Source: Auanema rhodensis
Lineage: Eukaryota; Animalia; Nematoda
NCBI GenBank assembly: GCA_964057225.1
Contig: OZ059900.1
Location: forward strand, 18,476,001-18,540,000
Reading direction: 5' to 3'
Length of the DNA: 64,000 bases
Position 1 is the first letter of the stretch. The number at the start of each line of letters is the position of its first letter. The notes below the pieces were generated by a model, which was not told the origin of the DNA, did not search any database, and saw nothing but the letters and a program-made list of their open reading frames with translations. A program made the position numbers and the translations under genes. Below are positions 38,401 through 53,400 of this stretch, piece by piece.

Positions 38401-41400
38401 GCATTTTACATGCTGAACACTAGAAAAATACAAAAACACAGTATTTCCCATGAGAAATATTTTATTATGCTGGAAAACCAGTTTTTGGAAATTTCGCTGT
38501 AAACAAGGTTTTGACTTACGATTTCATGTGTTCAAACTCATGCAATGTCAATGAAACCTAGCTCAAAATTGTTCGTACAACGTCTAGTTTCACTTTCACG
38601 ACAAAAAAACAGGGGTTAGAAAACTAAGGAAATTAGCATATTCTGAGGGCACGCCCCTTATGGCTAATATTGATTAAATCGATTTTTGTTCATATGAGTC
38701 GTCAAATGCAAGGAATTTCATCGTGTTACATACTAAAATGAAGCATTATACATGCTGAACACTAGAAAAATACAAAAACACAGTATTTCCCATGAGAAAT
38801 ATTTTATTATGCTGGAAAACCAGTTTTTGGAAATTTCGCTGTAAACAAGGTTTTGACTTACGATTTCATGTGTTCAAACTCATGCAATGTCAATGAAACC
38901 TAGCTCAAAATTGTTCGTACAACGTCTAGTTTCACTTTCACGACAAAAAAACAGGGGTTAGAAAACTAAGGAAATTAGCATATTCTGAGGGCACGCCCCT
39001 TATGGCTAATATTGATTAAATCGATTTTTGTTCATATGAGTCGTCAAATGCAACGAATTTCAGCGTGTTACATACTAAAATGAAGCATTTTACATGCTGA
39101 ACACTAGAAAAATACAAAAACACAGTATTTCCCATGAGAAATATTTTATTATGCTGGAAAACCAGTTTTTGGAAATTTCGCTGTAAACAAGGTTTTGACT
39201 TACGATTTCATGTGTTCAAACTCATGCAATGTCAATGAAACCTAGCTCAAAATTGTTCGTACAACGTCTAGTTCCACTTTCACGACAAAAAAACAGGGGT
39301 TAGAAAATTAAGGAAATTAGCATATTCTGAGGGCACGCCCCTTATGGCTAATATTGATTAAATCGATTTTTGTTAATATGAGTCGTCAAATGCAACGAAT
39401 TTCAGCGTGTTACATACTAAAATGAAGCATTTTACATGCTGAACACTAGAAAAATACAAAAACACAGTATTTCCCATGAGAAATATTTTATTATGCTGGA
39501 AAACCAGTTTTTGGAAATTTCGCTGTAAACAAGGTTTTGACTTACGATTTCATGTGTTCAAACTCATGCAATGTCAATGAAACCTAGCTCAAAATTGTTC
39601 GTACAACGTCTAGTTTCACTTTCACGACAAAAAAACAGGGGTTAGAAAACTAAGGAAATTAGCATATTCTGAGGGCACGCCCCTTATGGCTAATATTGAT
39701 TAAATCGATTTTTGTTCATATGAGTCGTCAAATGCAACGAATTTCAGCGTGTTACATACTAAAATGAAGCATTTTACATGCTGAACACTAGAAAAATACA
39801 AAAACACAGTATTTCCCATGAGAAATATTTTATTATGCTGGAAAACCAGTTTTTGGAAATTTCGCTGTAAACAAGGTTTTGACTTACGATTTCATGTGTT
39901 CAAACTCATGCAATGTCAATGAAACCTAGCTCAAAATTGTTCGTACAACGTCTAGTTCCACTTTCACGACAAAAAAACAGGGGTTAGAAAATTAAGGAAA
40001 TTAGCATATTCTGAGGGCACGCCCCTTATGGCTAATATTGATTAAATCGATTTTTGTTCATATGAGTCGTCAAATGCAACGAATTTCGGCGTGTTACATA
40101 CTAAAATGAAGCATTTTACATGCTGAACACTAGAAAAATACAAAAACACAGTATTTCCCATGAGAAATATTTTATTATGCTGGAAAACCAGTTTTTGGAA
40201 ATTTCGCTGTAAACAAGGTTTTGACTTACGATTTCATGTGTTCAAACTCATGCAATGTCAATGAAACCTAGCTCAAAATTGTTCGTACAACGTCTAGTTC
40301 CACTTTCACGACAAAAAAACAGGGGTTAGAAAATTAAGGAAATTAGCATATTCTGAGGGCACGCCCCTTATGGCTAATATTGATTAAATCGATTTTTGTT
40401 CATATGAGTCGTCAAATGCAACGAATTTCAGCGTGTTACATACTAAAATGAAGCATTTTACATGCTGAACACTAGAAAAATACAAAAACACAGTATTTCC
40501 CATGAGAAATATTTTATTATGCTGGAAAACCAGTTTTTGGAAATTTCGCTGTAAACAAGGTTTTGACTTACGATTTCATGTGTTCAAACTCATGCAATGT
40601 CAATGAAACCTAGCTCAAAATTGTTCGTACAACGTCTAGTTCCACTTTCACGGCAAAAAAAACAGGGGTTAGAAAATTAAGGAAATTAGCATATTCTGAG
40701 GGCACGCCCCTTATGGCTAATATTGATTAAATCGATTTTTGTTCATATGAGTCGTCAAATGCAACGAATTTCAGCGTGTTACATACTAAAATGAAGCATT
40801 TTACATGCTGAACACTAGAAAAATACAAAAACACAGTATTTCCCATGAGAAATATTTTATTATGCTGGAAAACCAGTTTTTGGAAATTTCGCTGTAAACA
40901 AGGTTTTGACTTACGATTTCATGTGTTCAAACTTATGCAATGTCAATGAAACCTAGCTCAAAATTGTTCGTACAACGTCTAGTTCCACTTTCACGACAAA
41001 AAAACAGGGGTTAGAAAATTAAGGAAATTAGCATATTCTGAGGGCACGCCCCTTATGGCTAATATTGATTAAATCGATTTTTGTTCATATGAGTCGTCAA
41101 ATGCAACGAATTTCAGCGTGTTACATACTAAAATGAAGCATTTTACATGCTGAACACTAGAAAAATACAAAAACACAGTATTTCCCATGAGAAATATTTT
41201 ATTATGCTGGAAAACCAGTTTTTGGAAATTTCGCTGTAAACAAGGTTTTGACTTACGATTTCATGTGTTCAAACTCATGCAATGTCAATGAAACCTAGCT
41301 CAAAATTGTTCGTACAACGTCTAGTTCCACTTTCACGACAAAAAAACAAGGGTTAGAAAATTAAGGAAATTAGCATATTCTGAGGGCACGCCCCTTATGG

Positions 41401-44400
41401 CTAATATTGATTAAATCGATTTTTGTTCATATGAGTCGTCAAATGCAACGAATTTCAGCGTGTTACATACTAAAATGAAGCATTTTACATGCTGAACACT
41501 AGAAAAATACAAAAACACAGTATTTCCCATGAGAAATATTTTATTATGCTGGAAAACCAGTTTTTGGAAATTTCGCTGTAAACAAGGTTTTGACTTACGA
41601 TTTCATGTGTTCAAACTCATGCAATGTCAATGAAACCTAGCTCAAAATTGTTCGTACAACGTCTAGTTCCACTTTCACGGCAAAAAAAACAGGGGTTAGA
41701 AAATTAAGGAAATTAGCATATTCTGAGGGCACGCCCCTTATGGCTAATATTGATTAAATCGATTTTTGTTCATATGAGTCGTCAAATGCAACGAATTTCA
41801 GCGTGTTACATACTAAAATGAAGCATTTTACATGCTGAACACTAGAAAAATACAAAAACACAGTATTTCCCATGAGAAATATTTTATTATGCTGGAAAAC
41901 CAGTTTTTGGAAATTTCGCTGTAAACAAGGTTTTGACTTACGATTTCATGTGTTCAAACTCATGCAATGTCAATGAAACCTAGCTCAAAATTGTTCGTAC
42001 AACGTCTAGTTCCACTTTCACGACAAAAAAACAAGGGTTAGAAAATTAAGGAAATTAGCATATTCTGAGGGCACGCCCCTTATGGCTAATATTGATTAAA
42101 TCGATTTTTGTTCATATGAGTCGTCAAATGCAACGAATTTCAGCGTGTTACATACTAAAATGAAGCATTTTACATGCTGAACACTAGAAAAATACAAAAA
42201 CACAGTATTTCCCATGAGAAATATTTTATTATGCTGGAAAACCAGTTTTTGGAAATTTCGCTGTAAACAAGGTTTTGACTTACGATTTCATGTGTTCAAA
42301 CTCATGCAATGTCAATGAAACCTAGCTCAAAATTGTTCGTACAACGTCTAGTTCCACTTTCACGACAAAAAAACAGGGGTTAGAAAACTAAGGAAATTAG
42401 CATATTCTGAGGGCACGCCCCTTATGGCTAATATTGATTAAATCGATTTTTGTTCATATGAGTCGTCAAATGCAACGAATTTCAGCGTGTTACATACTAA
42501 AATGAAGCATTTTACATGCTGAACACTAGAAAAATACAAAAACACAGTATTTCCCATGAGAAATATTTTATTATGCTGGAAAACCAGTTTTTGGAAATTT
42601 CGCTGTAAACAAGGTTTTGACTTACGATTTCATGTGTTCAAACTCATGCAATGTCAATGAAACCTAGCTCAAAATTGTTTGTACAACGTCTAGTTCCACT
42701 TTCACGACAAAAAAACAGGGGTTAGAAAATTAAGGAAATTAGCATATTCTGAGGGCACGCCCCTTATGGCTAATATTGATTAAATCGATTTTTGTTCATA
42801 TGAGTCGTCAAATGCAACGAATTTCAGCGTGTTACATACTAAAATGAAGCATTTTACATGCTGAACACTAGAAAAATACAAAAACACAATATTTCCCATG
42901 AGAAATATTTTATTATGCTGGAAAACCAGTTTTTGGAAATTTCGCTGTAAACAAGGTTTTGACTTACGATTTCATGTGTTCAAACTCATGCAATGTCAAT
43001 GAAACCTAGCTCAAAATTGTTCGTACAACGTCTAGTTCCACTTTCACGACAAAAAAACAGGGGTTAGAAAACTAAGGAAATTAGCATATTCTGAGGGCAC
43101 GCCCCTTATGGCTAATATTGATTAAATCGATTTTTGTTCATATGAGTCGTCAAATGCAACGAATTTCAGAGTGTTACATACTAAAATGAAGCATTTTACA
43201 TGCTGAACACTAGAAAAATACAAAAACACAGTATTTCCCATGAGAAATATTTTATTATGCTGGAAAACCAGTTTTTGGAAATTTCGCTGTAAACAAGGTT
43301 TTGACTTACGATTTCATGTGTTCAAACTCATGCAATGTCAATGAAACCTAGCTCAAAATTGTTCGTACAACGTCTAGTTTCACTTTCACGACAAAAAAAC
43401 AGGGGTTAGAAAACTAAGGAAATTAGCATATTCTGAGGGCACGCCCCTTATGGCTAATATTGATTAAATCGATTTTTGTTCATATGAGTCGTCAAATGCA
43501 AGGAATTTCATCGTGTTACATACTAAAATGAAGCATTATACATGCTGAACACTAGAAAAATACAAAAACACAGTATTTCCCATGAGAAATATTTTATTAT
43601 GCTGGAAAACCAGTTTTTGGAAATTTCGCTGTAAACAAGGTTTTGACTTACGATTTCATGTGTTCAAACTCATGCAATGTCAATGAAACCTAGCTCAAAA
43701 TTGTTCGTACAACGTCTAGTTTCACTTTCACGACAAAAAAACAGGGGTTAGAAAACTAAGGAAATTAGCATATTCTGAGGGCACGCCCCTTATGGCTAAT
43801 ATTGATTAAATCGATTTTTGTTCATATGAGTCGTCAAATGCAACGAATTTCAGCGTGTTACATACTAAAATGAAGCATTTTACATGCTGAACACTAGAAA
43901 AATACAAAAACACAGTATTTCCCATGAGAAATATTTTATTATGCTGGAAAACCAGTTTTTGGAAATTTCGCTGTAAACAAGGTTTTGACTTACGATTTCA
44001 TGTGTTCAAACTCATGCAATGTCAATGAAACCTAGCTCAAAATTGTTCGTACAACGTCTAGTTCCACTTTCACGACAAAAAAACAGGGGTTAGAAAATTA
44101 AGGAAATTAGCATATTCTGAGGGCACGCCCCTTATGGCTAATATTGATTAAATCGATTTTTGTTAATATGAGTCGTCAAATGCAACGAATTTCAGCGTGT
44201 TACATACTAAAATGAAGCATTTTACATGCTGAACACTAGAAAAATACAAAAACACAGTATTTCCCATGAGAAATATTTTATTATGCTGGAAAACCAGTTT
44301 TTGGAAATTTCGCTGTAAACAAGGTTTTGACTTACGATTTCATGTGTTCAAACTCATGCAATGTCAATGAAACCTAGCTCAAAATTGTTCGTACAACGTC

Positions 44401-47400
44401 TAGTTTCACTTTCACGACAAAAAAACAGGGGTTAGAAAACTAAGGAAATTAGCATATTCTGAGGGCACGCCCCTTATGGCTAATATTGATTAAATCGATT
44501 TTTGTTCATATGAGTCGTCAAATGCAACGAATTTCAGCGTGTTACATACTAAAATGAAGCATTTTACATGCTGAACACTAGAAAAATACAAAAACACAGT
44601 ATTTCCCATGAGAAATATTTTATTATGCTGGAAAACCAGTTTTTGGAAATTTCGCTGTAAACAAGGTTTTGACTTACGATTTCATGTGTTCAAACTCATG
44701 CAATGTCAATGAAACCTAGCTCAAAATTGTTCGTACAACGTCTAGTTCCACTTTCACGACAAAAAAACAGGGGTTAGAAAATTAAGGAAATTAGCATATT
44801 CTGAGGGCACGCCCCTTATGGCTAATATTGATTAAATCGATTTTTGTTAATATGAGTCGTCAAATGCAACGAATTTCAGCGTGTTACATACTAAAATGAA
44901 GCATTTTACATGCTGAACACTAGAAAAATACAAAAACACAGTATTTCCCATGAGAAATATTTTATTATGCTGGAAAACCAGTTTTTGGAAATTTCGCTGT
45001 AAACAAGGTTTTGACTTACGATTTCATGTGTTCAAACTCATGCAATGTCAATGAAACCTAGCTCAAAATTGTTCGTACAACGTCTAGTTTCACTTTCACG
45101 ACAAAAAAACAGGGGTTAGAAAACTAAGGAAATTAGCATATTCTGAGGGCACGCCCCTTATGGCTAATATTGATTAAATCGATTTTTGTTCATATGAGTC
45201 GTCAAATGCAACGAATTTCAGCGTGTTACATACTAAAATGAAGCATTTTACATGCTGAACACTAGAAAAATACAAAAACACAGTATTTCCCATGAGAAAT
45301 ATTTTATTATGCTGGAAAACCAGTTTTTGGAAATTTCGCTGTAAACAAGGTTTTGACTTACGATTTCATGTGTTCAAACTCATGCAATGTCAATGAAACC
45401 TAGCTCAAAATTGTTCGTACAACGTCTAGTTCCACTTTCACGACAAAAAAACAAGGGTTAGAAAATTAAGGAAATTAGCATATTCTGAGGGCACGCCCCT
45501 TATGGCTAATATTGATTAAATCGATTTTTGTTCATATGAGTCGTCAAATGCAACGAATTTCAGCGTGTTACATACTAAAATGAAGCATTTTACATGCTGA
45601 ACACTAGAAAAATACAAAAACACAGTATTTCCCATGAGAAATATTTTATTATGCTGGAAAACCAGTTTTTGGAAATTTCGCTGTAAACAAGGTTTTGACT
45701 TACGATTTCATGTGTTCAAACTCATGCAATGTCAATGAAACCTAGCTCAAAATTGTTCGTACAACGTCTAGTTCCACTTTCACGACAAAAAAACAGGGGT
45801 TAGAAAATTAAGGAAATTAGCATATTCTGAGGGCACGCCCCTTATGGCTAATATTGATTAAATCGATTTTTGTTCATATGAGTCGTCAAATGCAACGAAT
45901 TTCAGCGTGTTACATACTAAAATGAAGCATTTTACATGCTGAACACTAGAAAAATACAAAAACACAGTATTTCCCATGAGAAATATTTTATTATGCTGGA
46001 AAACCAGTTTTTGGAAATTTCGCTGTAAACAAGGTTTTGACTTACGATTTCATGTGTTCAAACTCATGCAATGTCAATGAAACCTAGCTCAAAATTGTTC
46101 GTACAACGTCTAGTTCCACTTTCACGGCAAAAAAAACAGGGGTTAGAAAATTAAGGAAATTAGCATATTCTGAGGGCACGCCCCTTATGGCTAATATTGA
46201 TTAAATCGATTTTTGTTCATATGAGTCGTCAAATGCAACGAATTTCAGCGTGTTACATACTAAAATGAAGCATTTTACATGCTGAACACTAGAAAAATAC
46301 AAAAACACAGTATTTCCCATGAGAAATATTTTATTATGCTGGAAAACCAGTTTTTGGAAATTTCGCTGTAAACAAGGTTTTGACTTACGATTTCATGTGT
46401 TCAAACTCATGCAATGTCAATGAAACCTAGCTCAAAATTGTTCGTACAACGTCTAGTTCCACTTTCACGACAAAAAAACAGGGGTTAGAAAATTAAGGAA
46501 ATTAGCATATTCTGAGGGCACGCCCCTTATGGCTAATATTGATTAAATCGATTTTTGTTCATATGAGTCGTCAAATGCAACGAATTTCAGCGTGTTACAT
46601 ACTAAAATGAAGCATTTTACATGCTGAACACTAGAAAAATACAAAAACACAGTATTTCCCATGAGAAATATTTTATTATGCTGGAAAACCAGTTTTTGGA
46701 AATTTCGCTGTAAACAAGGTTTTGACTTACGATTTCATGTGTTCAAACTCATGCAATGTCAATGAAACCTAGCTCAAAATTGTTCGTACAACGTCTAGTT
46801 CCACTTTCACGGCAAAAAAAACAGGGGTTAGAAAATTAAGGAAATTAGCATATTCTGAGGGCACGCCCCTTATGGCTAATATTGATTAAATCGATTTTTG
46901 TTCATATGAGTCGTCAAATGCAACGAATTTCAGCGTGTTACATACTAAAATGAAGCATTTTACATGCTGAACACTAGAAAAATACAAAAACACAGTATTT
47001 CCCATGAGAAATATTTTATTATGCTGGAAAACCAGTTTTTGGAAATTTCGCTGTAAACAAGGTTTTGACTTACGATTTCATGTGTTCAAACTCATGCAAT
47101 GTCAATGAAACCTAGCTCAAAATTGTTCGTACAACGTCTAGTTCCACTTTCACGACAAAAAAACAGGGGTTAGAAAATTAAGGAAATTAGCATATTCTGA
47201 GGGCACGCCCCTTATGGCTAATATTGATTAAATCGATTTTTGTTCATATGAGTCGTCAAATGCAACGAATTTCAGCGTGTTACATACTAAAATGAAGCAT
47301 TTTACATGCTGAACACTAGAAAAATACAAAAACACAGTATTTCCCATGAGAAATATTTTATTATGCTGGAAAACCAGTTTTTGGAAATTTCGCTGTAAAC

Positions 47401-50400
47401 AAGGTTTTGACTTACGATTTCATGTGTTCAAACTCATGCAATGTCAATGTAACCTAGCTCAAAATTGTTCGTACAACGTCTAGTTCCACTTTCACGACAA
47501 AAAAACAGGGGTTAGAAAACTAAGGAAATTAGCATATTCTGAGGGCACGCCCCTTATGGCTAATATTGATTAAATCGATTTTTGTTCATATGAGTCGTCA
47601 AATGCAACGAATTTCAGCGTGTTACATACTAAAATGAAGCATTTTACATGCTGAACACTAGAAAAATACAAAAACACAGTATTTCCCATGAGAAATATTT
47701 TATTATGCTGGAAAACCAGTTTTTGGAAATTTCGCTGTAAACAAGGTTTTGACTTACGATTTCATGTGTTCAAACTCATGCAATGTCAATGAAACCTAGC
47801 TCAAAAATGTTCGTACAACGTCTAGTTCCACTTTCACGACAAAAAAACAGGGGTTAGAAAATTAAGGAAATTAGCATATTCTGAGGGCACGCCCCTTATG
47901 GCTAATATTGATTAAATCGATTTTTGTTCATATGAGTCGTCAAATGCAACGAATTTCAGCGTGTTACATACTAAAATGAAGCATTTTACATGCTGAACAC
48001 TAGAAAAATACAAAAACACAGTATTTCCCATGAGAAATATTTTATTATGCTGGAAAACCAGTTTTTGGAAATTTCGCTGTAAACAAGGTTTTGACTTACG
48101 ATTTCATGTGTTCAAACTCATGCAATGTCAATGAAACCTAGCTCAAAATTGTTCGTACAACGTCTAGTTCCACTTTCACGACAAAAAAACAAGGGTTAGA
48201 AAATTAAGGAAATTAGCATATTCTGAGGGCACGCCCCTTATGGCTAATATTGATTAAATCGATTTTTGTTCATATGAGTCGTCAAATGCAACGAATTTCA
48301 GCGTGTTACATACTAAAATGAAGCATTTTACATGCTGAACACTAGAAAAATACAAAAACACAGTATTTCCCATGAGAAATATTTTATTATGCTGGAAAAC
48401 CAGTTTTTGGAAATTTCGCTGTAAACAAGGTTTTGACTTACGATTTCATGTGTTCAAACTCATGCAATGTCAATGAAACCTAGCTCAAAATTGTTCGTAC
48501 AACGTCTAGTTCCACTTTCACGGCAAAAAAACAGGGGTTAGAGAATTAAGGAAATTAGCATATTCTGAGGGCACGCCCCTTATGGCTAATATTGATTAAA
48601 TCGATTTTTGTTCATATGAGTCGTCAAATGCAACGAATTTCAGCGTGTTACATACTAAAATGAAGCATTTTACATGCTGAACACTAGAAAAATACAAAAA
48701 CACAGTATTTCCCATGAGAAATATTTTATTATGCTGGAAAACCAGTTTTTGGAAATTTCGCTGTAAACAAGGTTTTGACTTACGATTTCATGTGTTCAAA
48801 CTCATGCAATGTCAATGAAACCTAGCTCAAAATTGTTCGTACAACGTCTAGTTCCACTTTCACGACAAAAAAACAAGGGTTAGAAAATTAAGGAAATTAG
48901 CATATTCTGAGGGCACGCCCCTTATGGCTAATATTGATTAAATCGATTTTTGTTCATATGAGTCGTCAAATGCAACGAATTTCAGCGTGTTACATACTAA
49001 AATGAAGCATTTTACATGCTGAACACTAGAAAAATACAAAAACACAGTATTTCCCATGAGAAATATTTTATTATGCTGGAAAACCAGTTTTTGGAAATTT
49101 CGCTGTAAACAAGGTTTTGACTTACGATTTCATGTGTTCAAACTCATGCAATGTCAATGTAACCTAGCTCAAAATTGTTCGTACAACGTCTAGTTCCACT
49201 TTCACGACAAAAAAACAGGGGTTAGAAAACTAAGGAAATTAGCATATTCTGAGGGCACGCCCCTTATGGCTAATATTGATTAAATCGATTTTTGTTCATA
49301 TGAGTCGTCAAATGCAACGAATTTCAGCGTGTTACATACTAAAATGAAGCATTTTACATGCTGAACACTAGAAAAATACAAAAACACAGTATTTCCCATG
49401 AGAAATATTTTATTATGCTGGAAAACCAGTTTTTGGAAATTTCGCTGTAAACAAGGTTTTGACTTACGATTTCATGTGTTCAAACTCATGCAATGTCAAT
49501 GAAACCTAGCTCAAAATTGTTTGTACAACGTCTAGTTCCACTTTCACGACAAAAAAACAGGGGTTAGAAAATTAAGGAAATTAGCATATTCTGAGGGCAC
49601 GCCCCTTATGGCTAATATTGATTAAATCGATTTTTGTTCATATGAGTCGTCAAATGCAACGAATTTCAGCGTGTTACATACTAAAATGAAGCATTTTACA
49701 TGCTGAACACTAGAAAAATACAAAAACACAATATTTCCCATGAGAAATATTTTATTATGCTGGAAAACCAGTTTTTGGAAATTTCGCTGTAAACAAGGTT
49801 TTGACTTACGATTTCATGTGTTCAAACTCATGCACTGTCAATGAAACCTAGCTCAAAATTGTTCGTACAACGTCTAGTTCCACTTTCACGACAAAAAAAC
49901 AGGGGTTAGAAAATTAAGGAAATTAGCATATTCTGAGGGCACGCCCCTTATGGCTAATATTGATTAAATCGATTTTTGTTCATATGAGTCGTCAAATGCA
50001 ACGAATTTCAGCGTGTTACATACTAAAATGAAGCATTTTACATGCTGAACACTAGAAAAATACAAAAACACAGTATTTCCCATGAGAAATATTTTATTAT
50101 GCTGGAAAACCAGTTTTTGGAAATTTCGCTGTAAACAAGGTTTTGACTTACGATTTCATGTGTTCAAACTCATGCAATGTCAATGAAACCTAGCTCAAAA
50201 TTGTTCGTACAACGTCTAGTTCCACTTTCACGGCAAAAAAAACAGGGGTTAGAAAATTAAGGAAATTAGCATATTCTGAGGGCACGCCCCTTATGGCTAA
50301 TATTGATTAAATCGATTTTTGTTCATATGAGTCGTCAAATGCAACGAATTTCAGCGTGTTACATACTAAAATGAAGCATTTTACATGCTGAACACTAGAA

Positions 50401-53400
50401 AAATACAAAAACACAGTATTTCCCATGAGAAATATTTTATTATGCTGGAAAACCAGTTTTTGGAAATTTCGCTGTAAACAAGGTTTTGACTTACGATTTC
50501 ATGTGTTCAAACTCATGCAATGTCAATGAAACCTAGCTCAAAATTGTTCGTACAACGTCTAGTTCCACTTTCACGACAAAAAAACAGGGGTTAGAAAATT
50601 AAGGAAATTAGCATATTCTGAGGGCACGCCCCTTATGGCTAATATTGATTAAATCGATTTTTGTTCATATGAGTCGTCAAATGCAACGAATTTCAGCGTG
50701 TTACATACTAAAATGAAACATTTTACATGCTGAACACTAGAAAAATACAAAAACACAGTATTTCCCATGAGAAATATTTTATTATGCTGGAAAACCAGTT
50801 TTTGGAAATTTCGCTGTAAACAAGGTTTTGACTTACGATTTCATGTGTTCAAACTCATGCAATGTCAATGAAACCTAGCTCAAAATTGTTCGTACAACGT
50901 CTAGTTCCACTTTCACGGCAAAAAAAACAGGGGTTAGAAAATTAAGGAAATTAGCATATTCTGAGGGCACGCCCCTTATGGCTAATATTGATTAAATCGA
51001 TTTTTGTTCATATGAGTCGTCAAATGCAACGAATTTCAGCGTGTTACATACTAAAATGAAGCATTTTACATGCTGAACACTAGAAAAATACAAAAACACA
51101 GTATTTCCCATGAGAAATATTTTATTATGCTGGAAAACCAGTTTTTGGAAATTTCGCTGTAAACAAGGTTTTGACTTACGATTTCATGTGTTCAAACTCA
51201 TGCAATGTCAATGAAACCTAGCTCAAAATTGTTCGTACAACGTCTAGTTCCACTTTCACGGCAAAAAAACAGGGGTTAGAGAATTAAGGAAATTAGCATA
51301 TTCTGAGGGCACGCCCCTTATGGCTAATATTGATTAAATCGATTTTTGTTCATATGAGTCGTCAAATGCAACGAATTTCAGCGTGTTACATACTAAAATG
51401 AAGCATTTTACATGCTGAACACTAGAAAAATACAAAAACACAGTATTTCCCATGAGAAATATTTTATTATGCTGGAAAACCAGTTTTTGGAAATTTCGCT
51501 GTAAACAAGGTTTTGACTTACGATTTCATGTGTTCAAACTCATGCAATGTCAATGAAACCTAGCTCAAAATTGTTCGTACAACGTCTAGTTCCACTTTCA
51601 CGACAAAAAAACAAGGGTTAGAAAATTAAGGAAATTAGCATATTCTGAGGGCACGCCCCTTATGGCTAATATTGATTAAATCGATTTTTGTTCATATGAG
51701 TCGTCAAATGCAACGAATTTCAGCGTGTTACATACTAAAATGAAGCATTTTACATGTTGAACACTAGAAAAATACAAAAACACAGTATTTCCCATGAGAA
51801 ATATTTTATTATGCTGGAAAACCAGTTTTTGGAAATTTCGCTGTAAACAAGGTTTTGACTTACGATTTCATGTGTTCAAACTCATGCAATGTCAATGTAA
51901 CCTAGCTCAAAATTGTTCGTACAACGTCTAGTTCCACTTTCACGACAAAAAAACAGGGGTTAGAAAACTAAGGAAATTAGCATATTCTGAGGGCACGCCC
52001 CTTATGGCTAATATTGATTAAATCGATTTTTGTTCATATGAGTCGTCAAATGCAACGAATTTCAGCGTGTTACATACTAAAATGAAGCATTTTACATGCT
52101 GAACACTAGAAAAATACAAAAACACAGTATTTCCCATGAGAAATATTTTATTATGCTGGAAAACCAGTTTTTGGAAATTTCGCTGTAAACAAGGTTTTGA
52201 CTTACGATTTCATGTGTTCAAACTCATGCAATGTCAATGAAACCTAGCTCAAAATTGTTTGTACAACGTCTAGTTCCACTTTCACGACAAAAAAACAGGG
52301 GTTAGAAAATTAAGGAAATTAGCATATTCTGAGGGCACGCCCCTTATGGCTAATATTGATTAAATCGATTTTTGTTCATATGAGTCGTCAAATGCAACGA
52401 ATTTCAGCGTGTTACATACTAAAATGAAGCATTTTACATGCTGAACACTAGAAAAATACAAAAACACAATATTTCCCATGAGAAATATTTTATTATGCTG
52501 GAAAACCAGTTTTTGGAAATTTCGCTGTAAACAAGGTTTTGACTTACGATTTCATGTGTTCAAACTCATGCAATGTCAATGAAACCTAGCTCAAAATTGT
52601 TCGTACAACGTCTAGTTCCACTTTCACGACAAAAAAACAAGGGTTAGAAAATTAAGGAAATTAGCATGTTCTGAGGGCACGCCCCTTATGGCTAATATTG
52701 ATTAAATCGATTTTTGTTCATATGAGTCGTCAAATGCAACGAATTTCAGCGTGTTACATACTAAAATGAAGCATTTTACATGCTGAACACTAGAAAAATA
52801 CAAAAACACAGTATTTCCCATGAGAAATATTTTATTATGCTGGAAAACCAGTTTTTGGAAATTTCGCTGTAAACAAGGTTTTGACTTACGATTTCATGTG
52901 TTCAAACTCATGCAATGTCAATGAAACCTAGCTCAAAATTGTTCGTACAACGTCTAGTTTCACTTTCACGACAAAAAAACAGGGGTTAGAAAACTAAGGA
53001 AATTAGCATATTCTGAGGGCACGCCCCTTATGGCTAATATTGATTAAATCGATTTTTGTTCATATGAGTCGTCAAATGCAAGGAATTTCATCGTGTTACA
53101 TACTAAAATGAAGCATTATACATGCTGAACACTAGAAAAATACAAAAACACAGTATTTCCCATGAGAAATATTTTATTATGCTGGAAAACCAGTTTTTGG
53201 AAATTTCGCTGTAAACAAGGTTTTGACTTACGATTTCATGTGTTCAAACTCATGCAATGTCAATGAAACCTAGCTCAAAATTGTTCGTACAACGTCTAGT
53301 TTCACTTTCACGACAAAAAAACAGGGGTTAGAAAACTAAGGAAATTAGCATATTCTGAGGGCACGCCCCTTATGGCTAATATTGATTAAATCGATTTTTG

